64,000 bases of DNA from Candidatus Thorarchaeota archaeon (GCA_046482545.1 JAWOEX010000021.1:1-64000); one strand, 5' to 3'; positions 45,192-55,535 are shown, numbered from the stretch's first letter. Made by a program: numbers and translations. The notes: a model not told the origin generated them from the sequence alone.

Positions 45192-46634
45192 CTACTGGAA
45201 GCCATCATTGGGTGGTTCTCGAGATTCTTTGTCATCCTTCTGTAACTTCATTCGTGCACCCATTATACAAGCATCACCCTTTCGCCCACCCATCGGATTG
45301 TGCCTTGTCCCCATGGAATTCATACATCTGGCTGCGACAGCTGCACCAAGTGCAAGTCCATCATCGACAACAAGCAAATCGTGATTCTCAATCCAGAGTT
45401 TTCCATCCGCAAGGTGCAAGGTGTCTGCCAGAAGCTTGGGCTTCATTTCTGTTACAATAGCCCTTCCTGTGACGCCCAGTGAAGTATCTGGCAAAATGAG
45501 ATTGTTGGCTTCAGCTACTTCCACAAGCCGCTGGACTAACCATACCTGGGTAGTATCAACCAATGCCATGAGGCCGGAGATTCCATTTTTGTCCATAGCC
45601 CCTTCACCAATACTACTGAGTTCATCCAATTGTGAGCCATTGACTCCCACATCAACCCCAATCAGAACCACATCACTCTGTCGCGCAGCAGTTGGATTCA
45701 CAGGAACTGTACCATAGCGTTCGATACCTTCAGGCACCACTTCAACGGTGATGAGTTCATGTACTTCTTCTGCATCCTGTTCCATTTCCGCATATTTCTC
45801 AGGTGTAGTACTCGGCAAGTCAAGAACACAGCCCCTCTGAGAGTCTACAGAAGGAACAACCCTCGCCAAGGAGTCAGGAATGGCACCAGCTAGACCAGCA
45901 AATGATCCAATAGTCTTTGCGTAGGGATACCGGTCATCGGTGGCCCTTCCAGCTAGAGTAGTTCCGAAGTCTAACGTCAATACAGGGTTTCTGAAATCAA
46001 TATCACAACTCTTAGCTGCGCCCTTGAGTCCGGCCGTTACTAGTTCACCTTCCATCTCGTTTGCCACTACTGATCCTTCCGATGGGGGGAGACAGCTTGC
46101 CACAGCACCATCGAAATATACTTTCTTCAACCAAGTAAAATCACATATCCCCGGTGGAAGGTTGTCTGGAGATAGCACAGCAGTCATTCTGTTCGTTGGA
46201 ACACCAGCGTCAACACATCCTTGAGCAAGTGCCTTGACCATCTCACCAACTTCTTCAGGCTTCGCAAAACCAGCAGTCACTCCGGTGGACCTTACAACAA
46301 AATGTAAATCCCGATCTAACCTAATCCTAGCCTTCTTGATTACACTCTTGAGCAATTCTGAGATGAATTCTTTCACAGAGTCGCGAGTCAAATCCACTCC
46401 TACTAGAGTTCTTCCAAATGTTTTTTCGCCATCATATGGTGCCCGTACATTACGAGTGAATCTGACTTCTTTCTTGATTTCAAAGATTTCAGCCGTATTC
46501 AGATTTGTACTCACCAAGATGCATTTGCTTGTGGTGTTACCCAGTTCTACTGATGCTACTGTATAGAAATCTCCCATACGAATTGAAGAGATAGTGGTGG
46601 AACGAGGTTTGACCCGCCTGAATTTTCCTGGCAT
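45192..46634 (-). CDS. Methanogenesis marker protein 14 homolog (ASKHA/actin-like ATPase fold)
   Basis: VASVELGNTT, FVVRSTGV, NEMEGEL, DFRNP, DFGTTLAG, GVTGRA, DDGLALGAAVAARCMNS; downstream of mtrH. Confidence 0.85.
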   Translation of the reverse strand: MPGKFRRVKPRSTTISSIRMGDFYTVASVELGNTTSKCILVSTNLNTAEIFEIKKEVRFTRNVRAPYDGEKTFGRTLVGVDLTRDSVKEFISELLKSVIKKARIRLDRDLHFVVRSTGVTAGFAKPEEVGEMVKALAQGCVDAGVPTNRMTAVLSPDNLPPGICDFTWLKKVYFDGAVASCLPPSEGSVVANEMEGELVTAGLKGAAKSCDIDFRNPVLTLDFGTTLAGRATDDRYPYAKTIGSFAGLAGAIPDSLARVVPSVDSQRGCVLDLPSTTPEKYAEMEQDAEEVHELITVEVVPEGIERYGTVPVNPTAARQSDVVLIGVDVGVNGSQLDELSSIGEGAMDKNGISGLMALVDTTQVWLVQRLVEVAEANNLILPDTSLGVTGRAIVTEMKPKLLADTLHLADGKLWIENHDLLVVDDGLALGAAVAARCMNSMGTRHNPMGGRKGDACIMGARMKLQKDDKESREPPNDGFQ

Positions 46635-46650
46635 CGGACGCACCTTCTGC

Positions 46651-47580
46651 TCACAGCAGCTTCCTGTACGGATGATTTTCTACCGGTTCGATTCCAAATT
46701 CCTTGCTCAGAGCCTCTGCTGAGAATATATCGCCCATCGCAACGACCGGAAATACTCTCTCTGCATTCTCTATAGGACCATATAGCAGATAATCCGCACC
46801 CAGAATCTGGGCTATGAGGTTTGATGCTGCGTCGCACGTTCTATAGATTTCCTTGTTTTCAAAATCCTTTATCCAACGCCACGAAGAGGGAGCATTATGC
46901 ATTCCCGAGCCGGTCGGATGACCAAAGGTTACCTTGGAAACAAAAGTGAAAGCAACAGCTGAGCCTGCTCCTGAACCTATACTTGTAGTAGCAGTATCGA
47001 TGAGAGGTTTATCGATACCAATTTCCTTGCTCAAGTCAAGCAAACCTTTTTCCAAATCTCCAGCACCTTCTTCCAGAACAGCCCGACGCCCTGCAACTGA
47101 AGAATCCTGTGGGTTGAAAGCAAGTACGATTGCACAGTCATGCCCTATCTCTTTCAAAGCGGCAATCTCTTCATCATTTGTGGAAATATTGAGAGAATTG
47201 TAAATGGCCTTGTCGAGCAAGCCAACTTCCTGAGAATACCGAAGGCCTTGTATTCTTACATCAGAATCTGTGGAATCGATTAGATACGGAGCATCAGTCA
47301 CAGTGGATACAAAATCGATGTATTCCTCTATCGCATCAGGAGATTCTGAAAAGATGTGTACTAGGGCTGGATTTCCCGTTGAGTCTGACATTTCTTCTTG
47401 TGCCTTGATTCGAGATTCAGCAGTTGGACGGTCAAAAATCCCCTTATCAGGATCTTCAACTATCTTGTCTCCACTATAGAAAATTGTCCCAGCAAGGACA
47501 GTCGGATTTTCACCGGGCATACCTCCAATACGAACGTTTCCAACATCATAGACATACTGCTCTTTCTCGAAAATGTACAT
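46651..47580 (-). CDS. mtrH: MtrH-family methyl-pterin:corrinoid methyltransferase
   Basis: FEKEQ, GGMPGENPTVLAGTIFY, IDST, IYNS, GMHNAPSSW, LLYGPIENA, HP..KL. Confidence 0.92.
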   Translation of the reverse strand: MYIFEKEQYVYDVGNVRIGGMPGENPTVLAGTIFYSGDKIVEDPDKGIFDRPTAESRIKAQEEMSDSTGNPALVHIFSESPDAIEEYIDFVSTVTDAPYLIDSTDSDVRIQGLRYSQEVGLLDKAIYNSLNISTNDEEIAALKEIGHDCAIVLAFNPQDSSVAGRRAVLEEGAGDLEKGLLDLSKEIGIDKPLIDTATTSIGSGAGSAVAFTFVSKVTFGHPTGSGMHNAPSSWRWIKDFENKEIYRTCDAASNLIAQILGADYLLYGPIENAERVFPVVAMGDIFSAEALSKEFGIEPVENHPYRKLL

Positions 47581-48288
47581 TCAATCAAACTCCTTTCCAA
47601 CGAGTATGGTTCCACTATCAGTATCTTGAACCTCAATGCCGACTTCCGAAGGGTGCACCGATATCATCGCCTGTATGTGTTGATGTGTGATTAAAGACCT
47701 AGAAGGATCAAGACATACTCCAAACTCAGGTAGAACCGCCACAGATGGAGTCGGACCCATTGCTTTCGCACCACTATCTCGCACTTCGAAATCAATCCAT
47801 AGAGGCTTCTTTGGATATGACTTACGGGATTGAGACAAGAGACTCTGCACTCGATTGCCGATTTCTTCTACATTGGATACCCCCATCATATCAACAATCT
47901 CCACCTGATTCCTGAAGCGCTCTACTGCGTCCAAAGGAATATTCTCAACGTAGGGAATAGCTCCAGGAGCCTCGAATATCTTGTGTGTGGTTTCGTCGAG
48001 ACCATTTTCGTGTAGACAGCAAAGTGTAGAGCCGGTACGGTGCCCTGGAACTTCAGGTCCTGCTAGAATGAGGAAACGAATCGCCGGATTCGACACTACA
48101 TTTGCGATTACCCGTTCGATGCCGATATTCTCAGTCTTGCATGTTCCAGCTATTGCGTAGGGAGGTGGTAGTGGAATCTTCTTTCCAAGAGTACATACAG
48201 CGACTGATAAATCGGGATTGTCGACTGTATAGTCTCCCGGAATTGGTGGCCAAGACTTGTCCTTATTTGTATCAGACATGGTAATCAC
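47581..48288 (-). CDS. mtrA: Soluble MtrA-like corrinoid protein (no TM anchor)
   Basis: WPPIPGDY, KTENIGIER, NPAIRFLIL, His ligand in EVPGHRTG, GAIPYVEN. Confidence 0.92.
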   Translation of the reverse strand: MITMSDTNKDKSWPPIPGDYTVDNPDLSVAVCTLGKKIPLPPPYAIAGTCKTENIGIERVIANVVSNPAIRFLILAGPEVPGHRTGSTLCCLHENGLDETTHKIFEAPGAIPYVENIPLDAVERFRNQVEIVDMMGVSNVEEIGNRVQSLLSQSRKSYPKKPLWIDFEVRDSGAKAMGPTPSVAVLPEFGVCLDPSRSLITHQHIQAMISVHPSEVGIEVQDTDSGTILVGKEFD

Positions 48289-48291
48289 AAC

Positions 48292-49209
48292 CTACTCGAA
48301 TGAGGTCGGCTCAAATATCTCAGAATCAATACCTAGAGCGCGATGTGATTCAGCAGCAGCGGAAGCAATTGCATTCCCAATAAGTGCAAAAGCTGTGTAA
48401 ACCTCCTTAGTTCTGGACATCGAGCCGTACATGATGCAATCTGTTGCTAAAACTTGGGCGGCAGTGGTCGATGCGACTATTGCAGCAAGATGCGTTTCGG
48501 GGTTATCCAGTTCGGGCCGTCTAAGGAATTTCCATGCTGAAGGAGCGTTGTGGGGACCTAGACAGGTAGGTAAACCCAACTCGGACTTGATTGCGATAAT
48601 AGTCCTGTAATCAAGACCGTAGCCTGCACCTACTGGCATAGTTGCAGGATCAACGACCATCTTGTCAATGCCCATTTCATCTGCTTCGTCCAGCATCGTC
48701 TCAATAACATCCATCCGTTCTTTCAACGTGGTTGCTCGGGGTGACCATCCCAAAACAACGGCCATATGGAGGGAACTGCCTGCCAAGAGTTCCTTTTCAT
48801 CATCCTTCATTGACAGATTGATGCTGTTGTAGATTGCTCTGTCCTGAAGGCCTTCTTCATCGCAGTACTCAATTCCTCGTCTCCGAGCCTTGGCACTCGT
48901 AGATTCGAACATGAAGGGGCCATCATAGTTTTCCACAAGCCACGATAGGTGGTTTTCCATGGCGGTAGCTGTTCTCCCGTAAATCTGAATGAGAAATGGA
49001 TGCCCAGTCTCCTCTTCCATGTCCTTGGCTCTTTGAATCCATTCTTTGGCTAGAATCTCGTCGAAACGTCCCTTCTTGCTGCTTTTGACAACCTTCTGAC
49101 CTCTGAAGAAAAGGCCTCCAATCGCAACAGTCGGATTCTCGCCCGGATTACCGCCAATTGGGATTCCTCCAAAATCGAATGTCTGCTGTTCCTTCTTGAA
49201 AACAAACAA
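48292..49209 (-). CDS. mtrH: Second, divergent MtrH-family methyltransferase
   Basis: FKKEQ, GGNPGENPT, IYNSIN, PHNAPSAW, IMYG. Confidence 0.88.
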   Translation of the reverse strand: MFVFKKEQQTFDFGGIPIGGNPGENPTVAIGGLFFRGQKVVKSSKKGRFDEILAKEWIQRAKDMEEETGHPFLIQIYGRTATAMENHLSWLVENYDGPFMFESTSAKARRRGIEYCDEEGLQDRAIYNSINLSMKDDEKELLAGSSLHMAVVLGWSPRATTLKERMDVIETMLDEADEMGIDKMVVDPATMPVGAGYGLDYRTIIAIKSELGLPTCLGPHNAPSAWKFLRRPELDNPETHLAAIVASTTAAQVLATDCIMYGSMSRTKEVYTAFALIGNAIASAAAESHRALGIDSEIFEPTSFE

Positions 49210-49211
49210 TG

Positions 49212-50144
49212 CTAATCACCTTTCTTTGGTCGAGGATGAAGACCAGATTGTTTCACAAGTACAGGTATGCTTTCCTCCCATCCAACGCCCATGATGTGCA
49301 TGCCATTTACACCTTCGATTGTCCTAATGGTTTCTATGGTCTCCAGAGCCATTGCAATACCTTCCGATCTGACTGCATTTCGCTTCTCCTTCCCCCTAAG
49401 TCCATCTCCAGCATCTTCAAGCCGCTTAATCATCCTTTCGGGAATCTTGATACCTGGAATTTTGCGATTCATGAATCTGGCCATTCTCGGGCCCTTCAAC
49501 GGAATAATACCTGCGATTATCTTGATATCACGTATGTCAAGTTCATCCATGAATTCCCTGAAACGGTTTGTACCGTATATTGCTTGTGTCTGGAAGAAGC
49601 GAGCGCCAGCATCATGCTTCTTGCCCACCCTCCAAGCTTGTAATTCGAGAGGGTCGGCATAGGGGTTGAAAGTTGCACCAAGATAAAAATTGGGTGTACC
49701 TTCCAGCTTGTCATCTGCAAGATCTCTTCCGCTCATGAGATGACTTGCCAGCTGCAGAGCTTGAATTGAATCCAAATCATATACCATCTTAGCCTCAGGA
49801 TGTGAACCAAGCAATGAATGATCGCCGGTCATAAAGCAGACATTTCGAATGCCTAGGGCATATGCACCATACAACTCGCTTTCAAAGAGAATACGATTTC
49901 GATCTCGTGCTGACATCTGCATGACTGGTTCCACGCCACAGCCAAGAACAAAATGACTGCAAGCCATACTACTCATAGTTGGAATACCACGGACATTGTC
50001 GGTCAAATTCAGAACGTCACAGTAGTCCTTCACTCGCAACACCCGTTCTACCAAGAGCTTCTCGTCTGCACCATGTGGAGGACCAACTTCCGCAGTGACG
50101 ACAAATTTATCGTCTTGAAGTAATCTTTGGAGATATGTTTGCAC
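49212..50144 (-). CDS. metF: Methylenetetrahydrofolate reductase, flavin subunit
   Basis: VTAEVGPP, NLTDN, RDRNR, TGD, KHDAGARFFQTQ, IAGIIP, GMHIM. Confidence 0.92.
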   Translation of the reverse strand: MQTYLQRLLQDDKFVVTAEVGPPHGADEKLLVERVLRVKDYCDVLNLTDNVRGIPTMSSMACSHFVLGCGVEPVMQMSARDRNRILFESELYGAYALGIRNVCFMTGDHSLLGSHPEAKMVYDLDSIQALQLASHLMSGRDLADDKLEGTPNFYLGATFNPYADPLELQAWRVGKKHDAGARFFQTQAIYGTNRFREFMDELDIRDIKIIAGIIPLKGPRMARFMNRKIPGIKIPERMIKRLEDAGDGLRGKEKRNAVRSEGIAMALETIETIRTIEGVNGMHIMGVGWEESIPVLVKQSGLHPRPKKGD

Positions 50145-50231
50145 GAGGGTTCCTTTCTCCTTTCAAACGGTTTAAAGCAAAGAAACAAGGGGAACAGATA
50201 TTTGCTTTGGTCTTACGGGAAAATAAACCAA

Positions 50232-50900
50232 CTAGAAGAGGGTATCCTTTGCATCATGAACGATGTTTGTGGGACCCGCTGCCAAGCTCCAATCTTTCAT
50301 CTCCCAGATTCGTTTGATATTGTCAAGTTTGTCCAGCTTCTTCAACCGATCATAGATTAGCTGCCAGGCACATTCGGTATCATCATCTCTTTCGCACATA
50401 CCATCCATTGAGCCGCCACACGGACCATTGAGAAGGCCTTTGGCACAGCGAGTAATAGGACAGATTCCCCCAGTAAGATGTAGAACACATTCACCGCACA
50501 TGGAGCAGCGCTCATCATGATGAAATCGCTCAGGCATGGTTCCCAAGAAGTCCGAGTCAACCGCGGGGAGCGATTCTTTTTCTGGCACTATCTTGGTCAA
50601 ATTCTGTGTGGCAACACCACATGCTTGCACAAGAAATGCGTCAGCTTGTTCCAGCATTCGCTCATGTTTGTCCAATTCCTGTTTGGTAGCAAACTCGTCA
50701 CAAAGTCCGCCTTCGACAAACACGTATCCTAAGACATCTTTACCATGTTCGGTTAAGAAGTCGGTCATATCCTCCAGCTGGAGAATTCCACCTACGTCAC
50801 ACATTTGTGCACAACCGGAGTCACCAAAGAGGACTATCTTCTCGCAGCCTTCAAGCATCTCGAGGATGTCCTCCTTACTCTTAAGATCCATTACTATCAT
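50232..50900 (-). CDS. metV: MetV Fe-S/Zn subunit of MTHFR
   Basis: CSMCGECVL..TGGICP..RCAKGLLNGPCGG...C...CAW. Confidence 0.92.
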   Translation of the reverse strand: MIVMDLKSKEDILEMLEGCEKIVLFGDSGCAQMCDVGGILQLEDMTDFLTEHGKDVLGYVFVEGGLCDEFATKQELDKHERMLEQADAFLVQACGVATQNLTKIVPEKESLPAVDSDFLGTMPERFHHDERCSMCGECVLHLTGGICPITRCAKGLLNGPCGGSMDGMCERDDDTECAWQLIYDRLKKLDKLDNIKRIWEMKDWSLAAGPTNIVHDAKDTLF

Positions 50901-50972
50901 TTCACCAAGTCCAGGAATAATTGTGATGAAGAATCTGATGCTAAAAAGCTGACCGTAGATGCAGAGGAAAAC

Positions 50973-52259
50973 CTAATTGAGACGTTCCGCCTCACCGCCG
51001 GGCAGATTATTCATCATCTGCTGGGCATTCTTCGGCGTAACGCTCGCTTCTAGTCTAATCGTATCCCCTTCAAAGGTTTGGTTCTTGACTTCACCTACAT
51101 CATGTAGCCAGCTGAGAAACGACATAGAGCGATTGTTGTTTGGAATCGAAATAGAATACTCGTGTAGTTCTGGCAGTTCTTTCTGAACAGCATGTAACAG
51201 GGCATCAAGATTCTCTTCCTGTTTGGCTGATATTGGAATGACTTGATCAAAAGATGTTTCAAGGACAGCCTTTCTATGTTCAAGAATCTTCGGGAAAACC
51301 AAGTCGATTTTGTTGAGTGCAACTACGATTGGTATTGTATTTACGTCAATCCGACCGAACGTCTCCATACAGGTCTGAGTTTTTCGCTCCATCTCATCAA
51401 GCGAGTCTGAGACATCAACTACAAGCACAATTACATCTGCATCGGCTATTTCCATGAGCGTGGTATCGAACGCCTGAAGCAACTTCGGGGGGAGATCACT
51501 AATGAAACCAACAGAGTCTGTTAGAACAACATCTCTCCCCGGTATTGTAAGCTTCGATGCCTTTGTTGAAAGAGTTGTGAACAACTCATCCGCAACCTCG
51601 GCATTTGAATCCGTCAGCTTGGTATGCAAGGTGCTCTTGCCCGCATTAGTGTATCCAGCCAGAGTCACCTCAGTAAAACCCAAATTATTCCTTCGTTTTT
51701 TCTTCAGCTCCTGTACATCAGATATCTTCTGCAGCTTTTGACGGATTTTCGCCAAGCGGTTCTGAATCTGATTCAGCCTGAGGCTTAGAATATCCTCACC
51801 AGCTCCAATCTGCTGTGCAGTAGGTCTATCTCCAGTATGCTCTCGCTGGAGACGCATTCGTGCTTGATGTTTCATAAAAGGGAGTTCATATTCGAGACGC
51901 GCCTGCTCAATCTGAAGCTTTGCTTGCCGTGTCCGAGCATGCCGTGAGAATATTTCCAGAATGACCTGTGGACGGTCTCGGACTTCGACTTCCCATTTCT
52001 CCATGAGGCGAAACATCTGGCTTGATTTGAGATGAGGGGAGAATAAAACAAAATCTGGCTCGTGAGCACTTATCCAGTCATCAATTTCCTCTGCCTTGCC
52101 GATGCTGATACCGTATCGGCCATGCTCAGCACCTACTATGTCGAATTCACCAATTACCCTGTAACCTGCAGATGTAGCTATTGATTCGAATTCGTTGAGC
52201 AGATTTGGCTCACCGTATTCACGGCGCTGAACAAGTAGCGAGGAAGTGGATATCATCAT
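50973..52259 (-). CDS. hflX: Ribosome-associated GTPase HflX
   Basis: ILEIF, AKLQIEQA, GYTNAGKS, LFTTL, DSVGF, NKID, ISA. Confidence 0.93.
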   Translation of the reverse strand: MMISTSSLLVQRREYGEPNLLNEFESIATSAGYRVIGEFDIVGAEHGRYGISIGKAEEIDDWISAHEPDFVLFSPHLKSSQMFRLMEKWEVEVRDRPQVILEIFSRHARTRQAKLQIEQARLEYELPFMKHQARMRLQREHTGDRPTAQQIGAGEDILSLRLNQIQNRLAKIRQKLQKISDVQELKKKRRNNLGFTEVTLAGYTNAGKSTLHTKLTDSNAEVADELFTTLSTKASKLTIPGRDVVLTDSVGFISDLPPKLLQAFDTTLMEIADADVIVLVVDVSDSLDEMERKTQTCMETFGRIDVNTIPIVVALNKIDLVFPKILEHRKAVLETSFDQVIPISAKQEENLDALLHAVQKELPELHEYSISIPNNNRSMSFLSWLHDVGEVKNQTFEGDTIRLEASVTPKNAQQMMNNLPGGEAERLN

Positions 52260-52366
52260 CAATCCAATCCAGCTTTGATTCATAAACGGTTTGATGACGC
52301 AACTGAACACGCTTTCTCCAAACAAAAGCTTCATGGGGGTATCTTGCACAGATGACAGGAGTGATC

Positions 52367-54418
52367 ATGAGCATCTTCGAGGTTCGATCAAAGGAAGGGC
52401 TTGCAAGGCTCGGTGTTCTTCGCACAAATCATGGCGATGTAAGAACGCCTCTACTGATGCCAGTGGTTCATCCAGAAAGAAAGGCGATTCCAGTCCAAGA
52501 CCTTACAGACAAGTATGGATTCCAGATGGTAATAACCAACTCATTCATAATCCATTCGAAAGAACATCTGAAAGAGACCGCCCTGAGAGATGGTGTCCAC
52601 TCACTTCTGAACTTCGATGGCCCAGTCATGACTGATTCAGGAACCTTTCAGATGTATTTTCACAAGCTACCGGAAGACCAAATAGAACCTCTTGAAATCG
52701 TCAGATTTCAAAGAGATATCGGTGCGGACATTGGAACAATACTCGATGTCTTCTCGGAACCTGATGTAGGCAAGTCTAAAGTCGAAAAAGATGCTGAAGT
52801 TTCCTTTGAGAGAGCCAAGAAATCGGTCGGAGAGAAAGAGGACATGCTCTTGGCTGGAACGGTACAGGGGGGGATTTACGCGGATGTCAGAAAGCGCTCC
52901 GCTCAACAGATGGCTTCGCTGGACATAGATATTCACCCAATTGGTGGGGTGGTGCCACTTATGGAATCTTATCGATATGCGGATATCGTCCAAGCCACCT
53001 TGGCAGCAAAGAGGGTTCTGCCTCTCAACAGACCCGTACATCTGTTTGGTTGCGGACATCCGATGTTCTTTGCTCTAGCGGCCCTCCTTGGATGCGATTT
53101 GTTTGACTCTGCCTCTTACGCAAAATTCGCCCAGTCCGATAGAATGATGCTTTCAACAGGTACTGTACATCTTCATGAACTTCGGGAACTACCCTGTTCT
53201 TGCCCGATTTGCTCACAGACCACCCCTGAAGAGCTACAATCCTTGCCAGACGCCAACAGGGAAATCATGCTTTCAAAACACAATCTGTACGTTGCCGCAG
53301 CTGAGATGAGGAGGGTTCGACAAGCCATATCTGATGGAAAGCTCTTCGAGCTAGCCGCTCTTCGAGCCAGAGGACATCCTCAATTGTATCAAGGGCTCCA
53401 CACTATGTTGCATTATCAAGATAGTTTTCTTCACCATTATCCGATGGGCGCTTCGAGTTCAGTATTCTTCACAGGATCAGAATCAGCCCGGCATCCTGCA
53501 TTCGTGAAGTTCCATAATCAGCTTATTTCCTCGTATCCATATTTTACGACGGGTTCTCTCCTATTGGTGCCAGCCCATGGTGAAAGACCATATTCAGAAT
53601 TGTTCCCTGATTTAATCGAGGCCATAAAGAAAACTAATGCGAACCAAGCGGTTCTCGTGTTCATAACACCAATAGGGGTTATTCCTTGGGAGCTGGAACA
53701 CGTATATCCAGCTCAACAGAGCGTTTTCCCAACGAAGGAATTCAATGGGGTTCTCAAGGCTGCTGAAGCAAGACTCATCCAGTTTCTAAATCGAATGAAA
53801 TGTAACAGCATATTTTGGCTTACTAATGATTTGCCTACCGATGCTTTCAAGGACGAAATTTCAACTGTGCACTCAGTTCAAATAATTCAAAACAAACGAG
53901 AAGCCGTAGAAATGCTGCGAAACTTGCAGGGTGAGACCGAATACTGGCCTGCAAGGAAATTCAATGCGTTACTGAATATTCAATGGAATATTCAAGCGAA
54001 TTTTGAGGAGGGAACGGATGATTGGAGTTTCACATTTTCAGGAAGTACCGGCAAAATACGGCATGTAAACAAATCAGACCAAATCATGTTCACTGTGGTT
54101 CCCACCACTGGGCTATTGACGCCCACATTCCACGGTGGTAAATGGTTTCTTGAAAATGGGTTGGATTCCAAGTACATCGTTGTCATGCAAGATGAGGCTG
54201 CCGAGTATGTAGGAAGGGGGCGTTCCGCCCTATCGAAATTTGTCGCAAATGCAAGTCATGAACTAGGGGCCGGGGAAGAGGTCATGGTAACGGATACATC
54301 TGGACGATTAGTTGGAACGGGCAAATCCAATCTTACGGGAAAGGGAATGCTTGATTTCAGGAGGGGTGTGGCCGTCGATATCAGGCACTCGCTTCAGCCT
54401 TCTGATGCCGAGCAATAA
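52367..54418 (+). CDS. tgtA: Archaeosine tRNA-guanine(15) transglycosylase with PUA domain
   Basis: MTDSGTFQ, GTVQGG, PIGGVVP, HLFGCGHP, GCDLFDS, CSCPIC, C-terminal PUA. Confidence 0.93.
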   Translation: MSIFEVRSKEGLARLGVLRTNHGDVRTPLLMPVVHPERKAIPVQDLTDKYGFQMVITNSFIIHSKEHLKETALRDGVHSLLNFDGPVMTDSGTFQMYFHKLPEDQIEPLEIVRFQRDIGADIGTILDVFSEPDVGKSKVEKDAEVSFERAKKSVGEKEDMLLAGTVQGGIYADVRKRSAQQMASLDIDIHPIGGVVPLMESYRYADIVQATLAAKRVLPLNRPVHLFGCGHPMFFALAALLGCDLFDSASYAKFAQSDRMMLSTGTVHLHELRELPCSCPICSQTTPEELQSLPDANREIMLSKHNLYVAAAEMRRVRQAISDGKLFELAALRARGHPQLYQGLHTMLHYQDSFLHHYPMGASSSVFFTGSESARHPAFVKFHNQLISSYPYFTTGSLLLVPAHGERPYSELFPDLIEAIKKTNANQAVLVFITPIGVIPWELEHVYPAQQSVFPTKEFNGVLKAAEARLIQFLNRMKCNSIFWLTNDLPTDAFKDEISTVHSVQIIQNKREAVEMLRNLQGETEYWPARKFNALLNIQWNIQANFEEGTDDWSFTFSGSTGKIRHVNKSDQIMFTVVPTTGLLTPTFHGGKWFLENGLDSKYIVVMQDEAAEYVGRGRSALSKFVANASHELGAGEEVMVTDTSGRLVGTGKSNLTGKGMLDFRRGVAVDIRHSLQPSDAEQ

Positions 54419-55535
54419 GTGGATGATCTGGTATTTTTCGCAAGGCATCAACGCCGCCTAAAGGCAGAACCATTACATCGGGCCTAGGAGCATACAAGGT
54501 TATGCTATCTCCGCGCTCAAAGCTAGTTTCCGGTGGTAACAAGGCAACAGCGGATATTTCGCCTACTTCGAAATGTACCTCAACATTGCTTCCGATGTAT
54601 ATCACTTCACTCACTTTCCCTTCTACCTTGTTATCACGAGGGTCGGTCTGCTCCAGTAGAAGATCCTCAGGACGTACTGCACATCTAACGTGTTCGCCAA
54701 CTTCAAACGGATATTCCGGCATTGTCGTTTCTCCAGACACAATCTGACCATCGGGCAGTTCAACACGAATGTAATCGTTCATTGAAACAATTTTCCCATC
54801 AAGGAAGGTGCACTTACCTATGAAGTCAGCAACAAATACTGTCTGGGGATGATGATAGATTTCACGAGGAGGACCATACTGTTGAATATACCCTTTGCTA
54901 ATGACGGCAACCATATCTGAGATACTCAGTGCTTCTACTTGATCGTGGGTGACGTAAACGGTTGTTATTCCAAGCTCTCGCTGGATTCTAATGATTTCTT
55001 GTCGCATTTCATTTCTCAGTTTTGCATCAAGATTGGAAAGGGGTTCGTCTAAGAGAAGGACATCTGGCTCTATAACCAGTGCTCTTGCCAATGCTACTCG
55101 CTGCTGTTGACCGCCGCTGAGCTGGTGAGGGTTCCTGTCCCCCAGCCCTTCCATATGAACAAGCTCCAATGCTGCATCCACTCTGTCCTTTATCGCAGCC
55201 TTAGTATATTGCATTCCTTCGATTCGCTTCATCTTTAGGCCATATGCTATGTTATCAAAAACTGACATGTGTGGCCATAGTGCATAGTTCTGGAAAACCA
55301 TCCCGGTTTTGCGTTCGTATGGAGGGATATCTGTCATCTCTTCATCGTCGAAATATATCTTGCCTCTGTCAGGTTGTAGGAAACCTGCTATGAGGCGCAG
55401 AAGTGTAGTCTTCCCACAACCGGAAGGACCAAGAAGCGTAGATAGTCTTCCATCTTGAAGCGTTATGTTTACGTCATCAGTCGCAACGACATCTCCGAAG
55501 GTCTTGCGAAGATTTTCAAGTCTAATTGATACCAT
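54381..55535 (-). CDS. ABC transporter ATP-binding subunit (Fe3+/polyamine/thiamine-type, TOBE domain)
   Basis: GPSGCGKT, FQNYALWPH, LSGGQQQR, LLLDEP, YVTHD. Confidence 0.95.
   Translation of the reverse strand: MVSIRLENLRKTFGDVVATDDVNITLQDGRLSTLLGPSGCGKTTLLRLIAGFLQPDRGKIYFDDEEMTDIPPYERKTGMVFQNYALWPHMSVFDNIAYGLKMKRIEGMQYTKAAIKDRVDAALELVHMEGLGDRNPHQLSGGQQQRVALARALVIEPDVLLLDEPLSNLDAKLRNEMRQEIIRIQRELGITTVYVTHDQVEALSISDMVAVISKGYIQQYGPPREIYHHPQTVFVADFIGKCTFLDGKIVSMNDYIRVELPDGQIVSGETTMPEYPFEVGEHVRCAVRPEDLLLEQTDPRDNKVEGKVSEVIYIGSNVEVHFEVGEISAVALLPPETSFERGDSITLYAPRPDVMVLPLGGVDALRKIPDHPLIARHQKAEASA

Noticed and set aside
45192-49209. Evidence for methanogenesis
   Set aside because: No mcr genes and no membrane Mtr subunits in the window, and MtrA lacks its anchor.
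50145-50231. aaagcaaa/tttgcttt inverted repeat between metV and metF as a riboswitch or SECIS
   Set aside because: The stem is short and AT-rich with no recognisable consensus, and no in-frame TGA selenoprotein candidate was found nearby.
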